A stretch of 63,583 bases of DNA, filler included. It is 9 parts of 9 records of this genome, joined end to end, with 100 filler letters (N's around TTAATTAATTAA, not from the genome) between each part and the next. Parts side by side here need not be neighbours in the genome. Positions count along the whole stretch, not along the records: positions 50,099 to 55,404 come from SRR31147125_46474; positions 55,505 to 63,583 come from SRR31147125_46537; 7 more parts are not named here. One strand, 5' to 3'. The number at the start of each line of letters is the position of its first letter. Position 1 is the stretch's first letter. Position numbers and translations under genes: made by a program. Below, in pieces: positions 52,720 through 62,785 of this stretch. The notes under the pieces are model-generated. The model made no database searches. It was not told the origin of the DNA and worked only from the letters and a program-made list of their open reading frames with translations.

Positions 52720-52970
52720 GATAAGACAGTTAGCTTCATCGAGGGGTCGAACAGACGAGTTACGGGAAATACAAGCCACTGAGGATGGCAGATATCCCTG
52801 AACCGGATATCCACATGATCGAAAACGATCACTTTATGGTAGATACCGGCGAACCGGAAATCGGCGCGGTCGCTCCGGCAGTCGCTAACGACATCGACAG
52901 AGTCATTGGCGCAAGAGTACGGGATCTGCCAATCACATAGGATAAGGTGCTAAAAGCGCTCTCGGGAGAG
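52720..52970 (+). pseudogene. C-terminal remnant of a xanthine-dehydrogenase-family molybdopterin subunit
   Basis: VEQTSYGKYKPLRMADIPE..GEPEIGAVAPAVAN..GARVRDLPIT*DKVLKAL with an in-frame TAG at 52938. Confidence 0.8.
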
Positions 52971-53143
52971 TGGCGTACAATCTGGCTTACCGATGCAAAC
53001 GCATCGAAGCTTACGCAACACAACGATATGCACATCCAACAGTGCATTTTGAAACTACGATTTTCCACGAAATATCGTCAGATTGTTAAATATCGAGGAA
53101 ATGGTGGCGGACAAAAATGGAAATCTTATAAAATCTCAAGTGG

Positions 53144-53172
53144 TTGTCATTCCTTTTGAATAATTGTATAGT
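53144..53172 (+). promoter_or_regulatory. Sigma70 promoter
   Basis: TTGTCA-17 nt-TATAGT. Confidence 0.65.
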
Positions 53173-53229
53173 AGGCTTTACCTCATAAAATGAACTAAAG
53201 ATCTTTCCATAGTACGAAAGGAATGTGAG

Positions 53230-53976
53230 ATGGCTTCACTTCGCATCGACCGCTTAGCGGTCTTTCTCGCTGGTGTGACCCTATTAATATCGATTTACGG
53301 CTTTCCCGGCGTCGCCAAAGGCTCTGAAAAACAGGCACAGGAAAGCAGGACCATCGTATTTACGACCATCTTCCCGCAAAGCACCTCATTCTATTTAAAA
53401 ATGCTGACTTTGTATACTGAAGCGTTCAATCGGATGGGTTACAAATTCAAATTGATAAGCCAGCCTGGAGAGAGAGCAATTATCGACGCCAATCTGGGAG
53501 TAGTGGACGGTGAAGCAGGCCGAATCATGAACATCGACAAACAAAAATATGATAATCTCATTCCCGTTCCCGAGCCGATTGTGACAATGCAAGACGGTGC
53601 CTACTCGACCGACCATTCGATCAAAATAGATGGATGGGAAAGCCTCTCGGGCAAAGCATACAGGGTAGGATTGCTCAAAGGGCTCAAATCCGTTGAACAG
53701 AAACTGCCGCTTTATGTCAACCAAAGCAATATCGTTACGTTGATAGATGCGGAACAATCCATGAAAATGCTGCAGGCGCAAAGAATTGATCTGTTTATCG
53801 TCGGCACGCTCATCGAGGAATCTGCTTTTATGAAGAGCGGCGTATACAAAAAAGTCAAATGCGTCGGCATTGTGGAGACCAAACTACTCTATCCCTGGCT
53901 CCACAAACGACACCAGGATTTGGTGCGACCGTTGGCAGAAACGCTGAAGGCTCTGAAGTCCGAAGGATTCTATTAA
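53230..53976 (+). CDS. Periplasmic substrate-binding protein (family 3-like)
   Basis: Signal peptide, PGERA..AN.G.VDGE..R, RIDL, YPWLHKRH. Confidence 0.8.
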   Translation: MASLRIDRLAVFLAGVTLLISIYGFPGVAKGSEKQAQESRTIVFTTIFPQSTSFYLKMLTLYTEAFNRMGYKFKLISQPGERAIIDANLGVVDGEAGRIMNIDKQKYDNLIPVPEPIVTMQDGAYSTDHSIKIDGWESLSGKAYRVGLLKGLKSVEQKLPLYVNQSNIVTLIDAEQSMKMLQAQRIDLFIVGTLIEESAFMKSGVYKKVKCVGIVETKLLYPWLHKRHQDLVRPLAETLKALKSEGFY

Positions 53977-54032
53977 AACCTACAATGCCCAAAAACTGAT
54001 TTTTGTTTACCAAAAGCTTCAATGTGATTTTT

Positions 54033-55404
54033 ATGACAAAGCTTCGTAACCTGTTTCCACGAGTGAACAGCTACCCACTCTCTTACCGGACCCTGGGATA
54101 TGTAGTGCTGTGCAGCTCGGTGTTCGCTTTGATCGCCACTACCCTACAGCTGTATGTGGAATACCGCAGGGATATTGCCGAGCTGAACGAAAGCTTCGAC
54201 TTTATCGAGAAAAGCTACCTTGCCCCCATATCGACGAGCGTCTACAAAATTGACACCGAAGGAATGAATCTCCAACTCAAAGGGGCATTAAAATTAACAG
54301 ATATCGTTTATCTGAAGATACAAGAACAAAGGGGGAATGACACTATCGAAACCTCGGTCGGGTCCCTGGATACAGAGAATCTGATTCACCGTGAATTTGC
54401 ATTGACCTATGAGGATGAGTCCGTTTCGAGGAGGAACATCGGAAGCCTGACGGTCTTCGCGAGTCTGGATGGAATCCACCAGCGGCTTTTTTCGAGAGTT
54501 TTGACTGTTCTGGCCACGAATGCTGTCAAAACATTTCTGGCTTCGGCAGGTATTCTGGCGATTCTCTACTGGTTGATCACCCGACACCTGACCCAGATAA
54601 GCAAGTATACCTCGAATTTGCAACCCGGAAAGAATGATACCCGGCTGGTGCTCAATCGCAAGCCGTCTTCACCGTCAAAGGAAGATGAACTGGATCGCGT
54701 CGTTTCGTCCATCAATACGCTCCAAGAAAGATTGAGTAAAGATATTGCCCGACGCGAAGCCTACAAGGAAAAACTACGTCTGGCCGAACTAAAATACCGG
54801 ACAGTGGCCGATTTTACCTACGATTGGGAGTCCTGGATCAATATAGACGATTCGATTGAATATATTTCACCATCCTGCGAACGCATCAGCGGATACACAC
54901 CCAAGGATTTCACCGACCATCCATCACTGATTAAGAAAATCATCGTTCCAGAGGATCTCTGCATCTGGGAAAGGCATTATCATAATTTTCGTAAGAACCC
55001 TTCAGTGTGTGAGATTCAATTTCGAATTCAAACCCGCGACGGACAAATACGCTGGATCGAGCACAACTGCCAACCGGTGACAGACCCTCAAGGTAAACTA
55101 TTGGGCATCCGTGCCAGTAATCGTGATATTACCGATCGAAAACACGCAGAGATCGACCTGCGTAAGGCATACACTGAAATCGAAAATTTGAAAAACCAGC
55201 TCGAAGCCGAAACCGCCTATTTGCAGGAAGAAATCAAATTAGAGCACAATTTCGATAACATCATCGGAAACAGCACCACTCTCAAATACGTTCTTTTTAA
55301 GGTGGAACAGGTGGCGGATGGAGACGCTACTGTACTGGTGCTCGGCGAAAGCGGCACGGGCAAGGAGTTGATCGCAAGGGCTATCCATAATCGCAGTTCA
55401 CGGG
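54033..55404 (+). CDS. Membrane-anchored sigma54 enhancer-binding protein (TM-periplasmic-TM-HAMP-PAS-AAA+), 3' partial
   Basis: Two TM helices, DELD HAMP, YISPSCERISGY PAS, IIGNS..VLVLGESGTGKELIARAIH. Confidence 0.85.
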
Positions 55405-55573
55405 NNNNNNNNNNNNNNNNNNNNNNNNNNNNNNNNNNNNNNNNNNNNTTAATTAATTAANNNNNNNNNNNNNNNNNNNNNNNNNNNNNNNNNNNNNNNN
55501 NNNNTCCGGTGAATATCTGTCCAGGTACTTATCACAAATGAGAGGCGGAAACGATCTGCCGGAGAATCGAAAT

Positions 55574-58573
55574 TTATCGTTTCATCTGAATGACGGTATT
55601 CATCATGTCATCGACGGTTGTAACCGTTTTTGAGTTTGCCTGGAATCCTCTTTGGGTGGTGATCATGTCAACGAACTCTTCGGAAATATCCACGTTTGAG
55701 AGCTCAAGAGAGCTTGGAGAGATTGTACCGAGCCCGTTTTCTCCGGGGCGGTTGGTGATGGCGTCACCGCTGTCTCTGGTTTCGGAGAATAAATTGCCTC
55801 CTTCGGTATACAGCCCATTATTATTTAAAAATCGTGCCAAACCAATTCGAAATAGGGGAATCAACTCTCCATTGGAGTAAATTCCCGTAATGGTGCCATC
55901 GACTGCAATATCCACCCCTTCAAAGTCACCGGCTGCGTATCCGTCGGAATTTTGGAAAACCGTTGAGGAGGGTTTGGCATATTGGGTACTGGACATGGAA
56001 TCGTTCTCAAAATTGGTTCCATCGTATTTAGCCCCAATATCAAGTTTTATCTCATTTTCAGTTGCCCCATTATCGCCACCTAGAAAATCCGTCTTAAAAC
56101 TGAAATAGCCGGTATCAGTTATGCTGTCTTTTTGAACCGTACTCCATGCGGTTGAACCGCTGATATCAAATTCGATCAAACTGATATTTTCCGTACCTGT
56201 GACGTCTAACGGATTGGTAAATGAAAATACGATATCGTCGGAATCATCTTCGTTTCCGGAGCCGTCAAGATCGACCACGGCTCGGTTTTGATCTCCGACC
56301 AGCGTTGCATCCGGGTATTCTTCAGGAGGAGAGTCCGGATCAACCGTAAAAAGAAACGTATCCGTAGCAACAGGAGCTGCTGCCGCAGTTGCCAGACTAA
56401 TCTCCAAATCATCGTTACCATCGCTGTTGAAATCGATAATAACATCAGTCGTACCGGCCGTCAGCGAGGCATTGGGATACTCGTCCGGAGATGACGGATC
56501 AACCGTAAATGAAATAGAATCCGCATCCGCCACAGAGGAATCAAATTCATATCGAATCACTGTTCCACTCGCAAGCTGAAGCTCAAGCACATCTGCCGTA
56601 TTTGTCGTGATTACCCCCCCGGGATTGGCAGCATCCGGCACCCAGCCCGGTACAGCGGCGTCATAGTCGAAGGTATAGTCGCCGAGATCTCCAAATACGC
56701 CGGCTGTCGTGCCGGTGGTAATGCTACGAACAGCATCAACTGTCCCGAGATTCAAATCCTCGTTAATAATGTCTTCACCTGTCTCTTTAAACGGCATGTC
56801 CCAGTCCCAATCCGTCCCATCAAATTGAAGTTGAATATCCTTAACATACTTACTCATGGCGGATGCATCTCCGGGATTGGCTGGTGACGGCGTTACCACG
56901 ACAGGCGTCGGAGAAAACGCGGCATCCCCCGAATAGGTTATTTCCGGAATGAGATCTCCGTTTTGCGCCGCCACTTCCGGATTTCCCCATCGCCAGGTGG
57001 CATCGTCCGGATACCAGACGATATTGACCCCTGTTTCATCGATGGTCATGACACTGGGATCATTCACCTCAATGTTTGTATTCCCGTTATCCGTTTCGCC
57101 AATAAAATTTGACCCCTCAATTCCCTGAACATGCAAATCCGATTCGGCGTTGATGTCAAAAGAAATCGTGTCACCGGTATCGGAAGGTTTGTCCAAATAG
57201 AGTTTTAAATCAACCTCTTCATCTCGATTATCCAGCCTTAAATAGATATTTTGACTATCTGAATAGTGCACGGTTGCGTCGGGATAGTTCTTGACGGCAG
57301 AATCCGAATCCACCGTGAAAGTGACCGTATCGTTGGCAGCAACTGCGGCACCAAAATCATATTGAATCACCGTACCACTGGCCAGTTCAAACTCAAGGGC
57401 GGTATTGGTGTTTGTGATGATCCCACCCCCTCCCAACGCCGGAGACCCGACACCTAAATTCCAGGTTGCCCCATCCCATTGGAAGGCATAATCCCCCAAA
57501 TCATCGGTAATACTATCTGCACCCGGTGTGATGGTTCGCGTTGAAGTTGTTGAGACATCGATCACTTCATTTTCAATATTTTCGCCATTCTCATCAAAAA
57601 TCGGATTGGTCAAAACCCAATTCGTACCGTCATATTCCAGGGTAAATCCATACCCATCATCCAGCATCGACTCTGAATCTTCCACAGTGAAATGAATATC
57701 TTCCTCGTCGTTGACACCCGATGCGACAATATTTCCCACACGTCCCGTCAGCTCTTCCATGGAGATATCGATAATATCCCCACTGCTTTGGCTAAACGTG
57801 ATGGTTCCTCTTGCCAGCAAGCCTTCCGAGGTGGTTCCCTGGATCAACTCTCTTTTATCCTCTTCCGGTTCACAGGTAATCATATATTCCCACTCGGTAC
57901 CGGTCTTTTTATCATAATAAATCGACACATCGTGGGCACTCCCAAGAGAATCATACACTTTGACAACCGTTTGATACTCATACCGTTCCCCTGCAATGTA
58001 GGCCTCGGTTTCCGATGCATCCCAGAAATTTGCCATAACATCCGATTGACTGACGGCATCTGCATCAAGATTGGTAATTGCCGTCAGAGAGGTACTTTCC
58101 TTGGGAGGAGAGGTGAAGCTGTCCATGATAATATCCGTTATCGCGCCGACATCATCTCCGGTATCACTATCCAATTCCCAGCCTTGAACGACATATCCAT
58201 TGGGATTCACAAGCTGCCCGGATTCATCAAAATGAAAATTGCCGGCCCTGGTGTAATAGGTGTTGTCCTCCCCCGGCTCCGAAACGATAAAAAAACCATC
58301 TCCACCGATGGAGACATCAGTGACATTTCCGGTAGATTCAAAGGATCCCTGCTCAAAATTTTGAGCCACTTCACCGATAGACATACCGCGACCGAGCTGT
58401 CCGATGCCGGATTGGGTGGCAACGGTCTGACTGAGGGTATCTGCAAAGGATGAGACGCCTTTTTTGAAGCCCACAGTACTTGAGTTGGCCAAGTTGTTAC
58501 TCACCACCTGCATGACATTACCCATATTAATCAATCCACTGGTACCAGTATAAAGTGAACTTGAAAGCGCCAT
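55574..58573 (-). CDS. flgE: Flagellar hook protein, unusually large (999 aa)
   Basis: SLYTGTSGL..NNLANSSTVGFK, GDGFF, YTRAGNF, YDSLG, LELSNVDISEEF..QRGFQANSK. Confidence 0.95.
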   Translation of the reverse strand: MALSSSLYTGTSGLINMGNVMQVVSNNLANSSTVGFKKGVSSFADTLSQTVATQSGIGQLGRGMSIGEVAQNFEQGSFESTGNVTDVSIGGDGFFIVSEPGEDNTYYTRAGNFHFDESGQLVNPNGYVVQGWELDSDTGDDVGAITDIIMDSFTSPPKESTSLTAITNLDADAVSQSDVMANFWDASETEAYIAGERYEYQTVVKVYDSLGSAHDVSIYYDKKTGTEWEYMITCEPEEDKRELIQGTTSEGLLARGTITFSQSSGDIIDISMEELTGRVGNIVASGVNDEEDIHFTVEDSESMLDDGYGFTLEYDGTNWVLTNPIFDENGENIENEVIDVSTTSTRTITPGADSITDDLGDYAFQWDGATWNLGVGSPALGGGGIITNTNTALEFELASGTVIQYDFGAAVAANDTVTFTVDSDSAVKNYPDATVHYSDSQNIYLRLDNRDEEVDLKLYLDKPSDTGDTISFDINAESDLHVQGIEGSNFIGETDNGNTNIEVNDPSVMTIDETGVNIVWYPDDATWRWGNPEVAAQNGDLIPEITYSGDAAFSPTPVVVTPSPANPGDASAMSKYVKDIQLQFDGTDWDWDMPFKETGEDIINEDLNLGTVDAVRSITTGTTAGVFGDLGDYTFDYDAAVPGWVPDAANPGGVITTNTADVLELQLASGTVIRYEFDSSVADADSISFTVDPSSPDEYPNASLTAGTTDVIIDFNSDGNDDLEISLATAAAAPVATDTFLFTVDPDSPPEEYPDATLVGDQNRAVVDLDGSGNEDDSDDIVFSFTNPLDVTGTENISLIEFDISGSTAWSTVQKDSITDTGYFSFKTDFLGGDNGATENEIKLDIGAKYDGTNFENDSMSSTQYAKPSSTVFQNSDGYAAGDFEGVDIAVDGTITGIYSNGELIPLFRIGLARFLNNNGLYTEGGNLFSETRDSGDAITNRPGENGLGTISPSSLELSNVDISEEFVDMITTQRGFQANSKTVTTVDDMMNTVIQMKR

Positions 58574-58644
58574 GATATTCTCCCTTTTTCTTATTGAGAA
58601 AAGATACTGTGATTTATTATTATATTTTGGTAGCTAACAAGTAA

Positions 58645-58660
58645 TGCAGATTACGGGCCA
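58645..58660 (-). promoter_or_regulatory. Sigma54 promoter upstream of flgE
   Basis: TGGCCCGTAATCTGCA, GG-N10-GC. Confidence 0.75.
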
Positions 58661-58715
58661 ACATCACAGTTCAATTGATTATTTCACATGATTGAATCGA
58701 AAAGTTTAAAAAAAA

Positions 58716-59825
58716 CTAATTGACCCCTGTGATTGATGCAAGAGAAACAATATCCCCATGGTCACCGACGATCAGGTATTGAGAATCATTAAAGTATTTT
58801 ATTCCGGTAACTTCCCCTGAATTCGCCAACTGGACATTACCGGATTCCGAGGTAACGGAATAGGAATAGATTCCGTCTGCCACGGCGTTTCCGGAACTAT
58901 CCGTCCCATCCCATTGCACCACATTTTCTCCCGACACAGTACTTTCCGCATCTATTTCCAATCGATTGACCTCATTCCCGTCGGCATCGAAAACCTGGAC
59001 AAGCACACTTTCCTGCCCCTCAAGCTCGAAACGAATCCCCTCTCCGGTAATATTTTCCCCGTCAACGGCAAGGATATGATCGGAGTAGGAAATATTTTGC
59101 CCCAGATAATCCAGGGTCGACATGGTCGGTGTTTCTTCCGCCGGCTCGGGATCCGATACACTGACAATGGATGCCGGATTGACCGGAAATCCGTCCACCA
59201 TGAGATAGGGCTGCCCGCCCTGGTAAATAATGCCGTCTACGGTTCCGGTCTTGGTGGTTGCAAGCGAAACAAAACCGCTTCCGTTATTTGCCATGACCTC
59301 ATATGTGTAAGACCCGTCCTCCACCGAATCGCCGTGATAATCCGTTCCATCCCATTCGATGCCGTATTCCCCGGGGCCTTTCTGACCGGGGTAAAGGGTT
59401 TGGATGGGATTTCCTTCGGCATTATAGATGGTGACCATCACATCCGATGTTTCATCCAATTCGTAGAATCCATTGGTAGCTGTTCCATCTGAGACCTCAA
59501 TGGTGTCCACCCGACCGGTCACCTCTTTACCGACAAAACCGGTCACATCGATCTGGTTTGTCTCTTGAAATGCCGTGGCCATCTCTTCCATGGACGAATT
59601 CAAATTAATGAGCTGCTCCAATTGAGAAAAGGTTGCCAGCTGCGCTGAAAAGTCACTTCCCTCCATTGGATTCAAAGGATCTTGATTTTGAAGCTGCGCC
59701 ACCAACATGGTGAGAAAATCTTCCCTTCCAAGATAATCTTCCTTCTCTTCCTTTTCCGAGTCCGTACTTTTGTATGAACTTGCAAGTTGTTGAAGACTTG
59801 CGTTACCTGTTGCATCTACTGACAT
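58716..59825 (-). CDS. flgD: Flagellar hook capping protein with duplicated C-terminal module
   Basis: FLTMLVAQLQNQDPLNP, QLATFSQLEQ; two WDGTD..G..V.DG.Y.Y blocks. Confidence 0.95.
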   Translation of the reverse strand: MSVDATGNASLQQLASSYKSTDSEKEEKEDYLGREDFLTMLVAQLQNQDPLNPMEGSDFSAQLATFSQLEQLINLNSSMEEMATAFQETNQIDVTGFVGKEVTGRVDTIEVSDGTATNGFYELDETSDVMVTIYNAEGNPIQTLYPGQKGPGEYGIEWDGTDYHGDSVEDGSYTYEVMANNGSGFVSLATTKTGTVDGIIYQGGQPYLMVDGFPVNPASIVSVSDPEPAEETPTMSTLDYLGQNISYSDHILAVDGENITGEGIRFELEGQESVLVQVFDADGNEVNRLEIDAESTVSGENVVQWDGTDSSGNAVADGIYSYSVTSESGNVQLANSGEVTGIKYFNDSQYLIVGDHGDIVSLASITGVN

Positions 59826-59849
59826 CGTATCTCTCCTTTATCTTGGGCG

Positions 59850-62473
59850 TTAAGCCACAAAGTGGAGCTCATTATTTTCCGACACTGTGCTTGACGGCTC
59901 TATTGAATCATCTGCTTCACTGATGTTTCCGGATGCATTCCGAAATTTACGTGAGCCCCTTTTCCGGATCCGGAAGAGCCTGAGCCGTCAAATTGTCGTC
60001 CTGAATCGGCAAGTGAACGGCTGAAATCATTTCCCATCTCCACCTCAAAACGATCCACCTGGACACCGTTTGCTGCAAGTGATGCTTTCAACTCATTGGC
60101 ATGACCGGCCAACAGCTCTTTTGCTGCCAGATTTTCAGTCACGACACTGACCTTGATACTGTCGCCATGGGGTTCTATGGTCATGAATATTTTTCCGAGT
60201 TCGGTGGGTTTCAGCTGAAGCCTGATTTCGCTCTCTCCCCTGTTAAATGCCCTACTGATTCCCTTGGCCACTTGATTGGTCACATACGACGGCAGAGTTG
60301 AACCCGTTGATCTCTCATTCGCCGTACTGCTCATTTGTCCACCCCTCATATCGCTGTTTCCTGAAAAACTGCTGCCGGATTGACCGGAATCGAATGAGGT
60401 GTTTCCTTCTGCTTTTTCAACTTTTGAGAGGCTCATCTCCGGATCTTTAGCGTAACTTTTATCCTGGGATGCACTCGCTTTTTTGTCACCGAGTAAAATA
60501 TTGTCATCCCCCGGATTCACATCGTTGATGACACGCATCATCGTATCATCTGAAACATTCTCTCCAGTCCCTTTGGTGCCGGCTTCCGGAGAAAGGCCTT
60601 TGTTTTCTACAGTATCCGCAAGTACTGTTGTTTTTTGCAGCGAGCCCCCGTCATTGTTTTCTTCCAAGTTGGTCAAAGATCTTTCAAAACGCCCTTTCAG
60701 TTCAGCCTGTAATTTTTCAGATTGCAGCGTATTCTCATCCAACGCATCAATTTTTTCCGCACTCACTTCTGTTGATTCGTTATTTTGAATATTTTGGACC
60801 AATGCATCGAGCGTCTCTTTTAAAGTCGATTTTGCCGTAGACACCTGGGCGAACGGCTTGACTTCTTGACCGATCTCATTTGAATTATGACTTTCTTCTT
60901 TATATTTCGTAGATGAAAGCAGGGCATTCTTCAGCTGCGCCAACCCATTTTCATCTTTTTGAGTGCTGGAAAGATCCAGTAAATTTTCCAATACGCTGTT
61001 CATTTTATTATCCGTGCTCAGTCCATCAGTCGGCGAAATTTGTGATGATGCCGAAGCGTTCGCTGACGCCGTGGAGTTGCCTTGAGAGGCGTTTGCCTTT
61101 AATTCTTTCAATGCCGTCACTAAATCGGAAAGCCCAAAGCTATTCGAATTCAAGCGATTCAAAAAATCAGCATTTAAGGTGAGTTCTGTGCTCATCCGGC
61201 TGGAAAGGGGCTGCTCATCTTGGGCTTGAGAGAGTCTCTCTTCAATTCTATTCAGTACGTTTTGAATACTCTGATGATCGGAATCCGTTTCAAATCGTAT
61301 CCCACTGAAAAAGGCTTCCCGCTGCAGAGACGCTAAGCGGTCAATCAGACGATCCGTATCAATGCCTTCTCCACTTACCTCCGAATCTTCAATTATTGAG
61401 ACGGTTATCTCTTCTGAAATCCCCAAAGTCTTAAAAGCAGACTGAAGAAACGGCGTAAAAGAGCTATCAAGAATGAGTCCATCACTCATGTCTTCTTCAT
61501 TTTCATCGTCCGACGCGTCATTGATTGACGTTTCGTCTGAAAGGCCGCTTTGAAGATCTGAAGATTCTTCAGGTTCGGTTAATAGAGTAAGAACGTTCAT
61601 CTCAATCTCGGATTCATCGGAAGTAACAGCATCAGAATCCAAGGCCATCAATCCATCCAGAAAATCCGATAGATTAATTCCATCATTGTCTTCACCTTCA
61701 GCACTTTCTTTAAGTGTATCGATGAGACCGGCAACTTCTTCCGGCTTGAAACCGGCCTTGACCAAAAGAAGCTCAATGGTATTGATACCATCATCCTCTA
61801 TTGATGTATTTTCCAAATCTTGATCTGATGCCATCAAATATTGCTTCAAATTTGACAAAAAATCAAAGCCTGTTGAATTCTGCATTTTTTGTAGAAGGGA
61901 ACTTTTAACAGACTCATCCAATGGGGACCCGTTATGATTAGATGAAGCAGACAACAGTGCATTCAAAATGTCTTTGCCTTGAAGGCTCTTACTTTTCAAC
62001 GTCGACAGCCGATCAAGTACACTCAAAACATCTTTGCCTTGAACGGTTTTATTTTTCAAAGTCGACAGCTGATCAAGTCCATCCAAAATATCTTTGCCTT
62101 GGACGGTTTCATTTCTCAAAGTCGACAGTCGATCAAGTCCACTCAAACCGTCTGCACTCAAGTTATTTAATAAGTTGTTGGCTTTAACATCGATCTCCCC
62201 TAATAACGCCCCCACCTCCCCCTTGTTTGTAGCGGCGTTGCTGGTAAATTCCGACATTGCGGCTGCAAATTTCTTGAAATGGGCAACACGCTCAGAAGCC
62301 ATCGTATCGGTCAAATTTGAGGATGTGTTCGGCAGCAGCATTTTGAACTGCTCGGCAAAGGAGAGACCTGTCAATGTGAGATCGGTAGACGTATTTCCGA
62401 CAGTTTTACCTTTGCCGGAAAGCATTTTTGCCGTTCCCGATCCCAATTGCGTCATCAAAAAATTATTCATCAT
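59850..62473 (-). CDS. fliK: Flagellar hook-length control protein; true C-terminus ...ENNELHFVA after a homopolymer frameshift near 59962
   Basis: Long low-complexity N-terminus plus IRLQLKPTELGKI T3S4 domain; located upstream of flgD. Confidence 0.9.
61964..62143 (-). repeat. 3 x 60-bp in-frame tandem repeat in fliK
   Basis: Units begin at 61964, 62024, 62084 and encode LD(R/Q)LSTL....(V/L)QGKD(I/V)L. Confidence 0.95.
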
Positions 62474-62538
62474 AATAGCACCTACACGATCCCTTCAGAG
62501 TCAATATCAAACTTATATGAAAATGCTCTTTATTTAAA

Positions 62539-62554
62539 AGCAATGATTATGCCA
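62539..62554 (-). promoter_or_regulatory. Sigma54 promoter upstream of fliK
   Basis: TGGCATAATCATTGCT, near consensus. Confidence 0.85.
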
Positions 62555-62785
62555 AAAGAGCCAGACAAAGAATTAGGATAGGATATTCAATAGTTAGCGA
62601 AACGATTGATTTCAATTTCGATGGGTGAATGCGGAAATGAGGTCCAATAATACAGCAGATCTTACCTTGATGCGTCGAGATCAGGAAATAATTACCGGCT
62701 TTTGACATTCACGGTCTGTGAAAGAATGCATGTGTATTGCTTCCGGCGCTTTCAATCGTTGGTGCGACAGATGAACTGGTGTCCA

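Noticed and set aside
51321-53159. ORFs 51321-51620, 52442-52663, 52596-52832, 52829-53068 and 52947-53159 as real genes
   Set aside because: No RBS or motif support; several are alternate frames or antisense of the molybdoenzyme remnant
61964-62143. Possible CRISPR array
   Set aside because: The units are contiguous, in frame within fliK and have no unique spacers; no cas genes are present
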